DNA of 64,000 nt. Origin: Ranitomeya imitator. Its lineage: Eukaryota. This document shows, in pieces, positions 34,301 to 45,800 of the stretch. Location of the stretch: the NCBI RefSeq assembly GCF_032444005.1, contig NC_091289.1, positions 5,208,001 through 5,272,000 on the forward strand, read 5' to 3'. Each line of letters opens with the position of its first letter. Position 1 is the stretch's first letter. The notes beneath the pieces were generated by a model that was given only the letters and a program-made list of their open reading frames with translations, was not told the origin of the DNA and did no database searches. A program made the translations under genes and the position numbers.

Positions 34301-37300
34301 TAATACAGGAGTTAACTCAGGATCAGTAATGTATGTACGCAGTGACTGCACCAGCAGAATAGTGAGTGCAGCTCTGGGGTATAATACAGGATGTAACTCA
34401 GGATCAGTAATGTATGTACACAGTGACTGCACCAGCAGAATAGTGAGTGCAGCTCTGGAGTATAATGCAGGATGTATCTCAGGATCAGTAATGTAATGTA
34501 TGTACACAGTGACTGCACCAGCAGAATAGTGAGTGCAGCTCTGGAGTATAATACAGGATGTAACTCAGGATCAGTAATGTATGTACACAGTGACTGCACC
34601 AGCAGAATAGTGAGTGCAGCTCTGGAGTATAATGCAGGATGTATCTCAGGATCAGTAATGTATGTACACAGTAACTGCACCAGCAGAATAGTGAGTGCAG
34701 CTCTGGGGTATAATACAGGATGTAACTCAGGATCAGTAATGTATGTACACAGTGACTGCACCAGCAGAATAGTGAGTGCAGCTCTGGAGTATAATACAGG
34801 GTGTAACTCAGGATCAGTAATGTAATGTATGTACACAGTGACTGCTCCAGCAGAATAGTGAGTGCAGCTCTGGGGTATAATACAGGGTGTAACTCAGGAT
34901 CAGTAATGTAATGTATGTACACAGTGACTGCACCAGCAGAATAGTGAGCGCAGCTCTGGAGTATAATACAGGATATAACTCAGGATCAGTAATGTAATGT
35001 GTGTACACAGTGAGTGCACCAGCAGAATAGTGAGTGCAGCTCTGGGGTATAATACAGGAGTTAACTCAGGATCAGTAATGTATGTACGCAGTGACTGCAC
35101 CAGCAGAATAGTGAGTGCAGCTCTGGGGTATAATACAGGATGTAACACAGGATCAGTAATGTATGTACACAGTGACTGCTCCAGCAGAATAGTGAGTGCA
35201 GCTCTGGAGTATAATACAGGATGTAACACAGGATCAGTAATGTATGTACACAGTGACTGCACCAGCAGAATACTGAGTGCAGCTCTGGGGTATAATACAG
35301 GGTGTAACTCAGGATCAGTAATGTATGTACACAGTGACTGCACCAGCAGAATAGTGAGCGCAGCTCTGGAGTATAATACAGGATATAACTCAGGATCAGT
35401 AATGTATGTACACAGTGACTGCACCAGCAGAATAGTGAGCGCAGCTCTGGAGTATAATACAGGATATAACTCAGGATCAGTAATGTAATGTGTGTACACA
35501 GTGAGTGCACCAGCAGAATAGTGAGTGCAGCTCTGGGGTATAATACAGGAGTTAACTCAGGATCAGTAATGTATGTACGCAGTGACTGCACCAGCAGAAT
35601 AGTGAGTGCAGCTCTGGGGTATAATACAGGGTGTAACTCAGGATCAGTAATGTAATGTATGTACACAGTGACTGCTCCAGCAGAATAGTGAGTGCAGCTC
35701 TGGAGTATAATACAGGATGTAACACAGGATCAGTAATGTATGTACACAGTGACTGCTCCAGCAGAATAGTGAGTGCAGCTCTGGAGTATAATACAGGATG
35801 TAACTCAGGATCAGTAATGTATGTACACAGTGACTGCTCCAGCAGAATAGTGAGTGCAGCTCTGGGGTATAATACAGGGTGTAACTCAGGATCAGTAATG
35901 TAATGTATGTACACAGTGACTGCACCAGCAGAATAGTGAGCGCAGCTCTGGAGTATAATACAGGATATAACTCAGGATCAGTAATGTAATGTATGTACAC
36001 AGTGACTGCACCAGCAGAATAGTGAGTGCAGCTCTGGGGTATAATACAGGATGTAACTCAGGATCAGTAATGTATGTACACAGTGACTGCACCAGCAGAA
36101 TAGTGAGCGCAGCTCTGGAGTATAATACAGGATATAACTCAGGATCAGTAATGTAATGTGTGTACACAGTGAGTGCACCAGCAGAATAGTGAGTGCAGCT
36201 CTGGGGTATAATACAGGAGTTAACTCAGGATCAGTAATGTATGTACGCAGTGACTGCACCAGCAGAATAGTGAGTGCAGCTCTGGGGTATAATACAGGAT
36301 GTAACTCAGGATCAGTAATGTAATGCATGTACACAGTGACTGCACCAGCAGAATAGTGAGCGCAGCTCTGGAGGATAATACAGGATGTAACTCAGGATCA
36401 GTAATGTATGTACACAGTGACTGCATCAGCAGAATAGTGAGTGCAGCTCTGGGATATAATACAGGAGGTAACTCAGGATCAGTAATGTAATGTATGTACA
36501 CAGTGACTGCACCAGCAGAATAGTGAGTGCAGCTCTGGAGTATAATACAGGATGTAACTCAGGATCAGTAATGTAGTGTATGTACACAGTGACTGCACCA
36601 GCAGAATAGTGAGTGCAGCTCTGGAGTATAATGCAGTATATAATTCAGGATCAGTGATGTAATGTATGTACACAGTGACTCCACCAGCAGAATAGTGAGT
36701 GCAGCTCTGGAGTATAATACAGGAGGTAACTCAGGATCAGTAATGTAATGTATGTACACAGTGACTGCACCAGCAGAATAGTGAGTTCAGCTCTGGGGTA
36801 TAACACAGGATGTAGCGGACGTATGATTGGACCAGATGTATGATTGGTCTTGTTTTTATATTTTCTCCTGCAGATACAATCCGATACTTGTCTCTTCATG
36901 ATAATAAGTACATTCGGTATTTTCCCGGCCACAGTAAGAGGTGAGTGCAGGCGGCGGTGCACGTACTGTGGGTTTGGATGGCGCTCTCTTCTTCTTCCTC
37001 CTCCTCGTGCTTGCGGTCTCTCAGTTACATCAGTCAGGATCACACGTTCTGGTGACTTCTTCACTTTTGGGGTTTGGGACGTCCTTGTTACGGGGTCTTG
37101 CTGGCCCCCGGCCCTTCTTATTGGCGCCGTCTTCCCTTGTTTCTCCAGGGTCGTGGCTCTGTCCATGTCTCCCGTAGATGATGCCTTTATTTCTGGATCT
37201 TTGGATAAAACCATCAGGTTATGGGATCTTCGCTCTCCTAACTGTCAGGTCAGTGTCTTCTCCCCAGCTCGGACATCCAGTGATGCCGCAGAACCTTCCT

Positions 37301-39333
37301 GCTGACGGGCTTCTTCTCTTTCCTTTTACCAGGGTCTGATGCACCTGCAGGGGAAGCCGGTGTGCTCCTTCGACCCTGAGGGTCTTATTTTTGCGGCGGG
37401 GGTGAATTCTGAGATGGTGAAGCTTTATGATCTGCGCTCCTTTGACAAGGTACCTGAGGCCGTGATTGAGGGTTCGTGTCCTGTGGATTTAGGGCGGCGC
37501 TGAGGGGCCTCTGGGTATCTGGGCAGTTGCTCATCCAGAGCTATTTAGTGCTGACTTCCATTTGTATTTTTCTCAGGGTCCCTTCGCCACCTTTAAGATG
37601 AATCCTGACCGAACCTGTGAGTGGACATCGCTCAAATTCAGCAACGATGGTAAATTAATCCTTCTGGCGACCAATGGCGGCTTCCTGCGGCTGGTGGATG
37701 CATTTAAAGGGGCGGTGCTGCACACGTTTGGGGTGAGCGAGCTGTGAGTGATGATGAGCCTGATGGGAGTGATGATCAGAATAACAATGACTGTGTCTTC
37801 CCGGCAGGGGTATAATAACAGTAAAGGCGTCACCCTGGAGGCCTCCTTCACTCCGGACTCTCAGTTCATCATGATCGGTAAGATGGCGGCCGGCCCCGCT
37901 TCTCCTTTTCTCTGCAGAACGCTGACGTCTTGTCTGTGCAGGGTCAGAAGACGGCAAGATCCACGTGTGGAACGGAGAGAGCGGCATGAAGGTGGCCGTG
38001 CTGGACGGGAAGCACACCGGACCCATCACCTGCCTGCAGTTCAACCCCAAATTCATGACCTTCGCCAGCGCCTGCTCCAACATGGTGAGGACCCGGGTGC
38101 CTACACTGCCGTCCTGGACTCGGCTCCTTATAGTGAAGGTCCAAGACAATCGCCAGAAACATTCTGAAACCTTGTGGAACCATCTTTTATCAAATTTACT
38201 GTTTATTGGTTGGAAATTTAGATCTGAGCCCCCAGACTAGGGCGCTACGGTGCCAAAAGTGCATGGTAGACCCCAGGGACAAGGAAGTTAGACCCCTGGG
38301 CTGGCTAATATAAATGTAGGAGACCAGCGTAAAGCAAATAGGAGACCCCCAGGTGTAAGTGAATGGGAGACCCCAGGAACAAGGAAGTTAGACCCCTGGG
38401 CTGGCTAATATAAATGTAGGAGACCAGCGTAAAGCAAATAGGAGACCCCCAGGTGTAAGTGAATGGGAGACCCCAGGAACGATGAAGTTAGACCCCTGGG
38501 CTGGCTAATATAAATGTAGGAGACCAGCATAAAGCAAATATGAGACCCCCAGGCATAAGTGAATGGGAGACCCCAGCAACAAGAAAGTTAGACCCCTGGG
38601 CTGGCTAATATAAATGTAGGAGACCAGCGTAAAGCAAATATGAGACACCCCAGGCGTAAGTTAATGGGAGACCCCAGGAACAAGGAAGTTAGACCCGTGG
38701 GCTGGCTAATATAAATGTAGGAGACCAGCGTAAAGCAAATAGGAGACCCCCAGGTGTAAGTGAATGGGAGACCCCAGGAACAAGGAAGTTAGACCCCTGG
38801 GCTGGCTAATATAAATGTAGGAGACCAGCATAAAGCAAATATGAGACCCCCAGGCATAAGTGAATGGGAGACCCCAGCAACAAGAAAGTTAGACCCCTGG
38901 GCTGGCTAATATAAATGTAGGAGACCAGCGTAAGGCAAATATGAGACCCCCAGGTGTAAGTGAATGGGAGACCCCAGTAACAAGGAGGTTAGACCCCTGG
39001 GCTGGCTAATGTAAATGTAGGAGACCAGCGTAAAGCAAATATGAGACACCCCAGGCATAAGTGAATGGGAGACCCCCTTTGGGTGCCTTTATTTGCTCGC
39101 GGCGCGGTGATGCTCGTTTTGACAATAGTCTGTGCCACTCTCTCTTGCCTGCGCCCTGGCATTGTTCTTGGGGGTCCGGACGATGTGGTTTTCGGGCTGT
39201 GGTCTGACCCCTTCTCTGTGGCACCTCCACCAGATGGGTGCAGGGATTCTTCCATGGTGACTGTCCTGTATGGTAATTCTTTCTTTTTTCCTTTTTGCTT
39301 CAGGCTTTCTGGCTGCCGACCATTGATGACTGA
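28347..39333 (+). CDS. WDR82: WD repeat-containing protein 82; join(28347..28507,32089..32186,36874..36940,37149..37248,37333..37449,37577..37732,37808..37877,37942..38084,39304..39333), 313 aa
   Basis: Translation [31 protein letters not shown]...[14 protein letters not shown] is near-identical to vertebrate WDR82; 942-bp CDS; all junctions GT-AG and in phase. Confidence 0.98.
28510..28920. repeat. 23-bp G-rich minisatellite (GAGTGCTGGAGAGGGTGGGGCCT) starting at the WDR82 intron 1 donor
   Basis: About 17 units. Confidence 0.95.
28925..29650. repeat. 34-bp CpG-rich minisatellite (GGGGAGCGCGCGGAGGAGGCGGCGAGGCCTTGCC)
   Basis: About 21 units, ~6 CpG per unit. Confidence 0.95.
30388..30950. repeat. 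21-bp minisatellite (CGCTCCAGCCTCACC[TG/TT]CCTC)
   Basis: About 27 units with two alternating variants. Confidence 0.95.
31025..31665. repeat. Imperfect ~150-165 bp inverted repeat (fold-back/MITE-like)
   Basis: Arms 31025-31188 and 31514-31665 share e.g. AGTTAAAATTCACTAAAGGTGAATATAGAG in opposite orientation; no clear TSD. Confidence 0.75.
32322..32405 (+). ncRNA. MIRLET7G: pre-let-7g microRNA in WDR82 intron 2 (5p mature 32326-32347 TGAGGTAGTTGTTTGTACAGTT; 3p ~32383-32403)
   Basis: let-7 seed GAGGUAG; hairpin closes GGGC/GCCC; loop with GGAGAU LIN28 motif (32375); CNNC at 32421; same host intron as mammalian let-7g. Confidence 0.96.
32508..36814. repeat. 81/86-bp satellite (~50 units; CAGCAGAATAGTGAGTGCAGCTCTGGAGTATAATACAGGATGTAACTCAGGATCAGTAATGTA...)
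   Basis: Fills most of WDR82 intron 2; length variant from a 5-bp TAATG duplication. Confidence 0.97.
38270..39078. repeat. 100-bp tandem repeat (8 units), WDR82 intron 8
   Basis: GACCCCTGGGCTGGCTAAT recurs at 38291, 38391, 38491, 38591, 38692, 38792, 38892, 38992. Confidence 0.95.
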
Positions 39334-40140
39334 AGAGCGCCCACGCCGCACCCCAGCCGCCATCCATGATGACGTTTCCAGCCCTGCGCCCTCCATCGTT
39401 ACCGCTGCCCCTGGTGGGATGTGGCGCAGCGTTCACTTCTCGTGTCTGCGCCTCGTCCTTTACAGATGGAGGATTTTCCTTTTTTTAATTCCTGCTCTGA
39501 TCTTTTCCTTTAGTCCCCCGTTAAGTCCCGCTGCTGGGGGTCTCCATGTTGCTGCGGCCGGCGCGCTGCAGTTCTTTTTATATATATGTATATTTTTGGG
39601 CACACTGACTGGTCCTGGATCTCACAGCGGGGTGAAGACTTACATTTACAATCCCTTCCCCGAAGCCATTATTGCCAGGGTGCGGGGACTCTTTGGGTTG
39701 GGGATTGATTATAGACTTTTACCTTGTGATGGTTGGAAAGCTGAAGCCAAGGAGTGGCACTTGTGCCCGCCGTCCTAGTATTTCCTCTCTATAGAGGGGG
39801 TTTCAGCCTCTGTTTTTGGGGGGCTGGTTCACGTTTCCTGCAGTTCTCAATAGAAGCAGATCCATTGGATATTGGGGGCTGCTTCATAGCTTCCCAGCCA
39901 GTCAATTGGGGTTGCAGCTTTGGATGCGACTGGAGCAGAAGATAAAGGATTTGCAGGATTCCTCCCTGATGAAATGTCGTATCCCGTTATTGGATCTGCT
40001 GTTTTTCTTATGATTTCTGTAGACATCAAATTTCACCTCGAGACGTTGATTATTTTTATTTTATTTTTTTTCTGGAAATGCAGAAATGAAGCTGATTTAT
40101 AACAGCTAGTATTGGAGGTATTACATGTGTATTCTCTTAA

Positions 40141-40530
40141 AGGGGTCATCCGGGGAAGCGATGCTCGTTACCTGGGGCTGGATTATGTATGAATGGAATA
40201 AACAGCCCTTTATCCAACGCTGGCCCCTAGTTTACCGTCGCCATTCAACCAGTCGGGACCGCTGCGGCTTGTGATCGGCTGCATCGGTCCTGTGACTTCG
40301 CCCTGACTCCAATGATTTTTTATTTTTTTTCTAATTTCCCCTGGATCTCGTCACTGCACCACTGCAGTCTATCACAACCCGCAGTGTTTGGATGAAGGGT
40401 GACTTTGTAGTTTTCCATGTCGATGCAGACCCCAGAGTGGCCAGCGCCGGAGACTGGAGAGTCTGATTTATATTATTTTTACATAGTCCGGCTCCTCGTG
40501 TAGCTAGCGCCTCTTACCCAGACAACCCCT
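40141..40530. mobile_element. Kolobok/T2-type MITE downstream of the WDR82 stop
   Basis: TTAA|AGGGGTCATCCGGG ... CCCAGACAACCCCT|TTAA: 14-bp imperfect TIRs (11/14) starting AGG, TTAA duplication at 40137-40140 and 40531-40534. Confidence 0.8.
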
Positions 40531-40990
40531 TTAATAAGCCAAGACCCTGATCGACTGGGGCCGCTGTCCGTGACAAATGGCCGTTACTGTTTCTAGAGGT
40601 TATAGGAGGAGCGGCTGCCACCTGTAGAAGGGTCTCTGCACTGGAGGTGAGTGATATGGGGGCAGGGAGGGTCCCACACTTCCCATCACTCATCCCATAG
40701 AAGACTGTCGCTGTCCGTAACATACATGGACAGTGGGGGCCGATGGGTGAGGGCCCCTCTGACCTGCTGGATAGGTGGTCTCTGCGTATCTCTGACCTCA
40801 CAGGACATGAGTCCTGATGTATTGTATCTTCCAGTATTAGGTGGTCTCGGAGGGGCCGTTCTCTGCTGCGTTCTCAGCGACTGGTTTTATACACGTTGCG
40901 TCCCCCATGTATTCATTGTGATGTGGACAGTGTGTGGATGTTCCCGCAGGAGCTGTCCGCTCCCATTCCTTGTATATATGTTTTTACACA

Positions 40991-40996
40991 AATAAA
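40991..40996 (+). terminator. Candidate WDR82 polyadenylation signal AATAAA
   Basis: Hexamer preceded by TGTA/U-rich sequence and followed by GT-rich sequence. Confidence 0.5.
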
Positions 40997-41804
40997 ACAA
41001 TGGTTACATGTATTAATGTGTCTGGGATGTGATCACGGCTGGACGGGGCAGTGTGATAGAGGCTGGTGGGTTTCCTGGGGTCCACACTCTTCTGACCCAG
41101 GTGCTTTCTGTGATAACCCAGTGGATTCTTAGTATGGTGGAAAACATTGATTGAGAATCTATAAGATCCAGACAGCTCAGGCATGAGTATTGGATCCTGT
41201 GGGGAGGAGCTATGGAGACAAGCCCCGCCCCCGAGGAGTCTCCCCGCCCCCAAGGAGTCTCCACCATGGGACATGTGTTTAGTTGGCGCCCATCTGTTAG
41301 TGTGCGCTTACAGTTACTAGTGGGTCTATGAAGACCCCATCCTTCCCAAGGAGTAACCATTATTAATTGTTTTCATAAATAGTACATAATACTATAGAAA
41401 CAATTAATTTTCTATGATTCGTAATCCCCTAATATTACCACAATAGTCCCCATTATCCGATTTAAAGTGTAACCTTGAATTCTTACTGCTATTGATTTAT
41501 GAAATAATGAACTTAGGATGTGTTACAAAGTTTCATATTTATAAATTAATAGTAATATTGGGAGGTCACCGAATAATAAATGCCTGCAACCGTAACCTCA
41601 TATTAAACCAAAGGCAATGGGACGTCCGACGTATGAGCCGCAAGACAAAGAGTATAAAGCCGACATGGGGACAAAATAACCCTAAAGTGATTATCAAAAT
41701 AATAAGGGAAAAATAAGAAGCACCAGAAAATGAGACAACAAGTAATAATGTGTCAGAAAATGTAAAATCCTAAAGGACGAAGGTCGGGACAGGAACCTTA
41801 TAGG

Positions 41805-42510
41805 AGGGAGGCCTCTCCCCACCACTCTGCTGACCCCGTAACTGCAGGGTCCAGACCTCCTCTGGTATCGGCACAAACATCTCCCAGGAGCTTCATGGCC
41901 GAGCAGCCGTACATCACCAAGCACAATGCCGAGCGTCGGATGGAGTGGTGTAAAGCCACCACCACTGGACTCCGGAGGAGACGGGTTCTGTGCAGTGACG
42001 GATCGCACTTCTCTATCTGATGGAGGGGTCTGGGTTTGGTGATTCCAGGAGGACGTTACCCCCTGACTGCATTGTGCCCCCTGTACAGATGGTGGAGGGG
42101 GATAATGCTATGGTCTGTAATCGGGGCCGCGGACCCTCCGCTCCAGTGATGGGAAATCTTCATCTTCAGCACAAGACATTGTGGACAATTGTAGCTTCAG
42201 CTTTGTGGGAACAGTTTGGGGAAGACCCTTATCTGCCCCCCATGACTGAGCCCAGTGCACAAGCTCCATGCAGACTTGAGGGGCCGCACAGAGCCCGGCC
42301 CAATCCTATAATGGAGATTGTGAGCCCGGACCCCCAACATCGGGGTCTGACCCCACAAATGATCTTCTGGTTAAAGAGGAAAAATCTCACAGACGTCTCC
42401 AAAATCTTGTAGAAATCCCGGGAGAGCGGAGCCGTTATATCTGCAGAGGACGACTCCATATTAATGACTGTGGACAATTTCGAGGGTGCCAACACTTTCG
42501 GACATGACTG
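41805..42510 (+). mobile_element. Heavily decayed Tc1-type transposon (3' part)
   Basis: Remnants of RRLEWCK, VL-SD, CIVP-V, LWEQFGEDP, ESLPRRVEAVI-like transposase motifs with many small deletions; right end ...CTTTCGGACATGACTG|TA. Confidence 0.75.
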
Positions 42511-42739
42511 TATATCATGTTAGCCTACAGAGACCCCCATAGTCCCCTGGCTGCATCTACATAGCTGCATGTTGGGATGTCCCTTTGTGTCAGTAACTTT
42601 GTATCTTTGGGCTTTTACCCCCAGTCTTGACCCTGCAAACAAATGGCCGCAGGACAAGTATTGATCGGGGTCCGTGGTGGGCGGAGATGGGATTTGGACG
42701 CCACGTGACCCACAAGTTGCAGAATCTCCTTTTAGGACA

Positions 42740-42805
42740 CTAATGTTTGACTTTCCTGTTTGTTTCTACCCAAACGTCCTCTAAAGAGAGAGTTACCCAT
42801 TAATC
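42740..42805 (+). promoter_or_regulatory. Candidate liver-type proximal promoter of the ITIH gene (FOX-like TGTTTGTTT, HNF1-like GTTACCCATTAAT)
   Basis: Motifs at ~42757-42765 and 42792-42804, just upstream of ATG 42834; motif match only. Confidence 0.3.
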
Positions 42806-42833
42806 CATAGAGGGACTGCGATCCGTCGGAGCC

Positions 42834-45800
42834 ATGGGGACCCTCCGCCGCTGGAGCCTGCTGGTATCGGCCCTTGTGGCCCTGTGCCTGCTGCCCTCGT
42901 GTCGTGGAGGAACGGTCAGTGGTCGTCAGTCACCCTGGACTGAGGCTGATAACGGGGGCTTTGCTGTATTATAATAATATTATCAGATACCTGGGGGCTA
43001 CAAGCTCTGCGGCTTTATTACAGACTTCATGTGCTGATTTATCACCACTCCCAACATTCTTGTTTAAATTTAAGCTCCTAAATATCTTCCTTCTAGAGCT
43101 GAAGGTTTGTTACAGTTTTGTCCGGTCTTGAAAATTGCTCATACATTGTAACAAACTGCTCTGCAGGAAAGACACTGCTGACTATTTTGCTAGGTGCGAT
43201 GGTGGCAGCAGTCGTGGTGATGATTTCATGGCTCCAATCTCAATCTATGACTTCATTGTTTGTGGAACTACAACTCCCATCGTGCTCTGACATGTTTCTC
43301 TCTCATCCAGATGGAGATCCGCAGCATGCACGTTCATAGCCGGGTCTCGTCCCGCTTCGCTCGAACCTTCATCACCACCGTCATCCAAAACGTGTTCAAT
43401 TCCTCCGAAGAATCCATTTTTGAAATGGAGTTGCCGAAGACGGCGTTCATCACCAACTTCAGCATGTGAGTGACCAGTGGAGCCGGCGGTGTATGTCGTG
43501 TGTATGGGTCCATCAGGGGAGGCGGCATGACATCGGGGGAGGTGGTGTGGCAGCAGGTGGTGTGACAGAAGGCGGCGTGGCGTCGGGGGAGGTGGTGTGA
43601 CAGGAGGCGGCGTGACATCAGGGGAGGTGGCATGACCTCATTGGAGGCGGCGTGACATCAAAGGAGGTGGCATGACCTCATTGGAGGCGGCCTGACATCG
43701 GGGGAGGCGGCGTGACATCGGGGGAGGTGGCATGACATCGGGGGAGGTGGCATGACCTCATTGGAGGCGGCGTGACATCGGGGGAGGCGGCATGACATCG
43801 GGGGAGGTGGCATGACCTCATTGGAGGCGGCGTGACATCGGGGGAGGCGGCGTGATATCATTGGAGGCGGCGTGACATCGGGGGAGGCGGCGTGACATCA
43901 TTGGAGGCGGCGTGACATCGGGGGAGGCGGCGTGACATCATTGGAGGCGGCGTGACATCGGGGGAGGCGGCGTGACATCGGGGGATCTCTGCGCTCCCAG
44001 CGCGGTCGTCGGATGTCGCTCTTGATACTTTGTTTCTAATGACGAGTTCTGTATCTGCAAGGATCATCAACAACGTGACAAATGTCGGGATCGTTAAGGA
44101 GAAAGCCGAGGCGAAGAAGCAGTATCAAAAGTCCGTATCCAAGGGGCAGAGCGCCGGGCTGGTCCAGTACGTATCACCGGCCATCCTGTGTATGGAGGAA
44201 GTGCCCCGTGCTCCATCTATAGGATCCCCCCGCGCTCCATCTCTTTAGAATTCCCCCCACGCTCCATTTCTATAGGATCTTCCCACGCTCCATTTCTATA
44301 GGATCCCCCCATGCTCCATTTCTATAGGATCCTCCCCACGCTCCATTTCTATAGGATCCCCCCACGCTCCATTTCTATAGGATCTCCTGCGCTCCATTTC
44401 TATAGGATCTCCCGCGCTCCATCTCTATAGGACCCCCCCGGCGCTCCATCTCTATAGGATCCCCCGCGCTCCATCTCTATAGGATCTTCCGTGCTCCATC
44501 TCTATAGGATCCCCCCGTGCTCCATCTCTATAGGATCCCCACACATTCCATCTCTATAGAATCCCCCCGTGCTCCATTTCTATAGGATCCCCCCGTGCTC
44601 CATCTCTATAGGATCCCCACACATTCCATCTCTATAGAATCCCCCCGTGCTCCATTTCTATAGGATCCCCTGCGCTCCATCTCTATAGGATCCCCCCACA
44701 TTCCATCTCTATAGAATCCCCCCGTGCTCCATTTCTATAGGATCCCCTGCGCTCCATCTCTATAGGATCCCCCCACATTCCATCTCTATAGAATCCCCCC
44801 GTGCTCCATTTCTATAGGATCCCCTGCGCTCCATCTCTATAGGATCCCCCCACATTCCATCTCTATAGAATCCCCCCATGCTCCATCTCTATAGGATCCC
44901 CTGCGCTCCATCTCTATAGGATCTCCCCGCGCTCCATCTCTATAGGATCCCCCCACGCTCCATCTCTATAGGATCCGCCCACATTCCATCTCTATAGAAT
45001 CCCCCGTGCTCCATCTCTATAGGATCCCCTGCGCTCCATCTCTATAGGATCCCCCCACGCTCCATCTCTATAGGATCCGCCCAAATTCCATCTCTATAGA
45101 ATCCCCCGTGCTCCATCTCTATAGGATCCCCTGCGCTCCATCTCTATAGGATCTCCCCGCGCTCCATCTCTATAGGATCCCCCCACGCTCCATCTCTATA
45201 GGATCCGCCCACATTCCATCTCTATAGAATCCCCCGTGCTCCATCTCTATAGGATCTCCCCGCGCTCCATCTCTATAGGATCCCCCCACGCTCCATCTCT
45301 ATAGGATCCGCCCACATTCCATCTCTATAGAATCCCCCGTGCTCCATCTCTATAGGATCCCCTGCGCTCCATCTCTATAGGATCCCTCCGTGCTCCATCT
45401 CTATAGGATCCCCCCTCTATAGGATCTATATGTGTGTAGTGACATATGTCTAGGGTTATGTGTGTGACTAGTGATAATGTAACAGCTGTCCTGAAGGCAA
45501 GTCGCACCTAGGTGTTAATAGGTACTTCCTTGGGACTAGTAGAAATTGTCTCCATATCTCCCCAGGGGGTCTAGCTAGGGCCAAGAAGAAAGGTAACATT
45601 TGGCACCTCCTAGGTCTTGGAGGGGAGATGCTAATTGCGGCCTGAGGGGATCTATTCCTGAGAACCTTTTCACAAGTGTCTCAGGAGAAAAATAATATAT
45701 TCATTAGTAGCGCGGCCGTGGTCAATCAACAAGCCAGCAATTATTATATTAACCTGAGGGGCCGGTCTAGAAACCTGGCCTCCAGACCAAAGTTATAAAT

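Noticed and set aside
17239-36814. Regular repeat arrays resembling CRISPR
   Set aside because: Units are directly adjacent with no unique spacers, there are no cas genes, and the context is vertebrate introns.
43090-43200. Small ITIH exon 2 candidates in intron 1
   Set aside because: The AG-flanked candidates examined give in-frame stops in phase 0 or lack a convincing donor.
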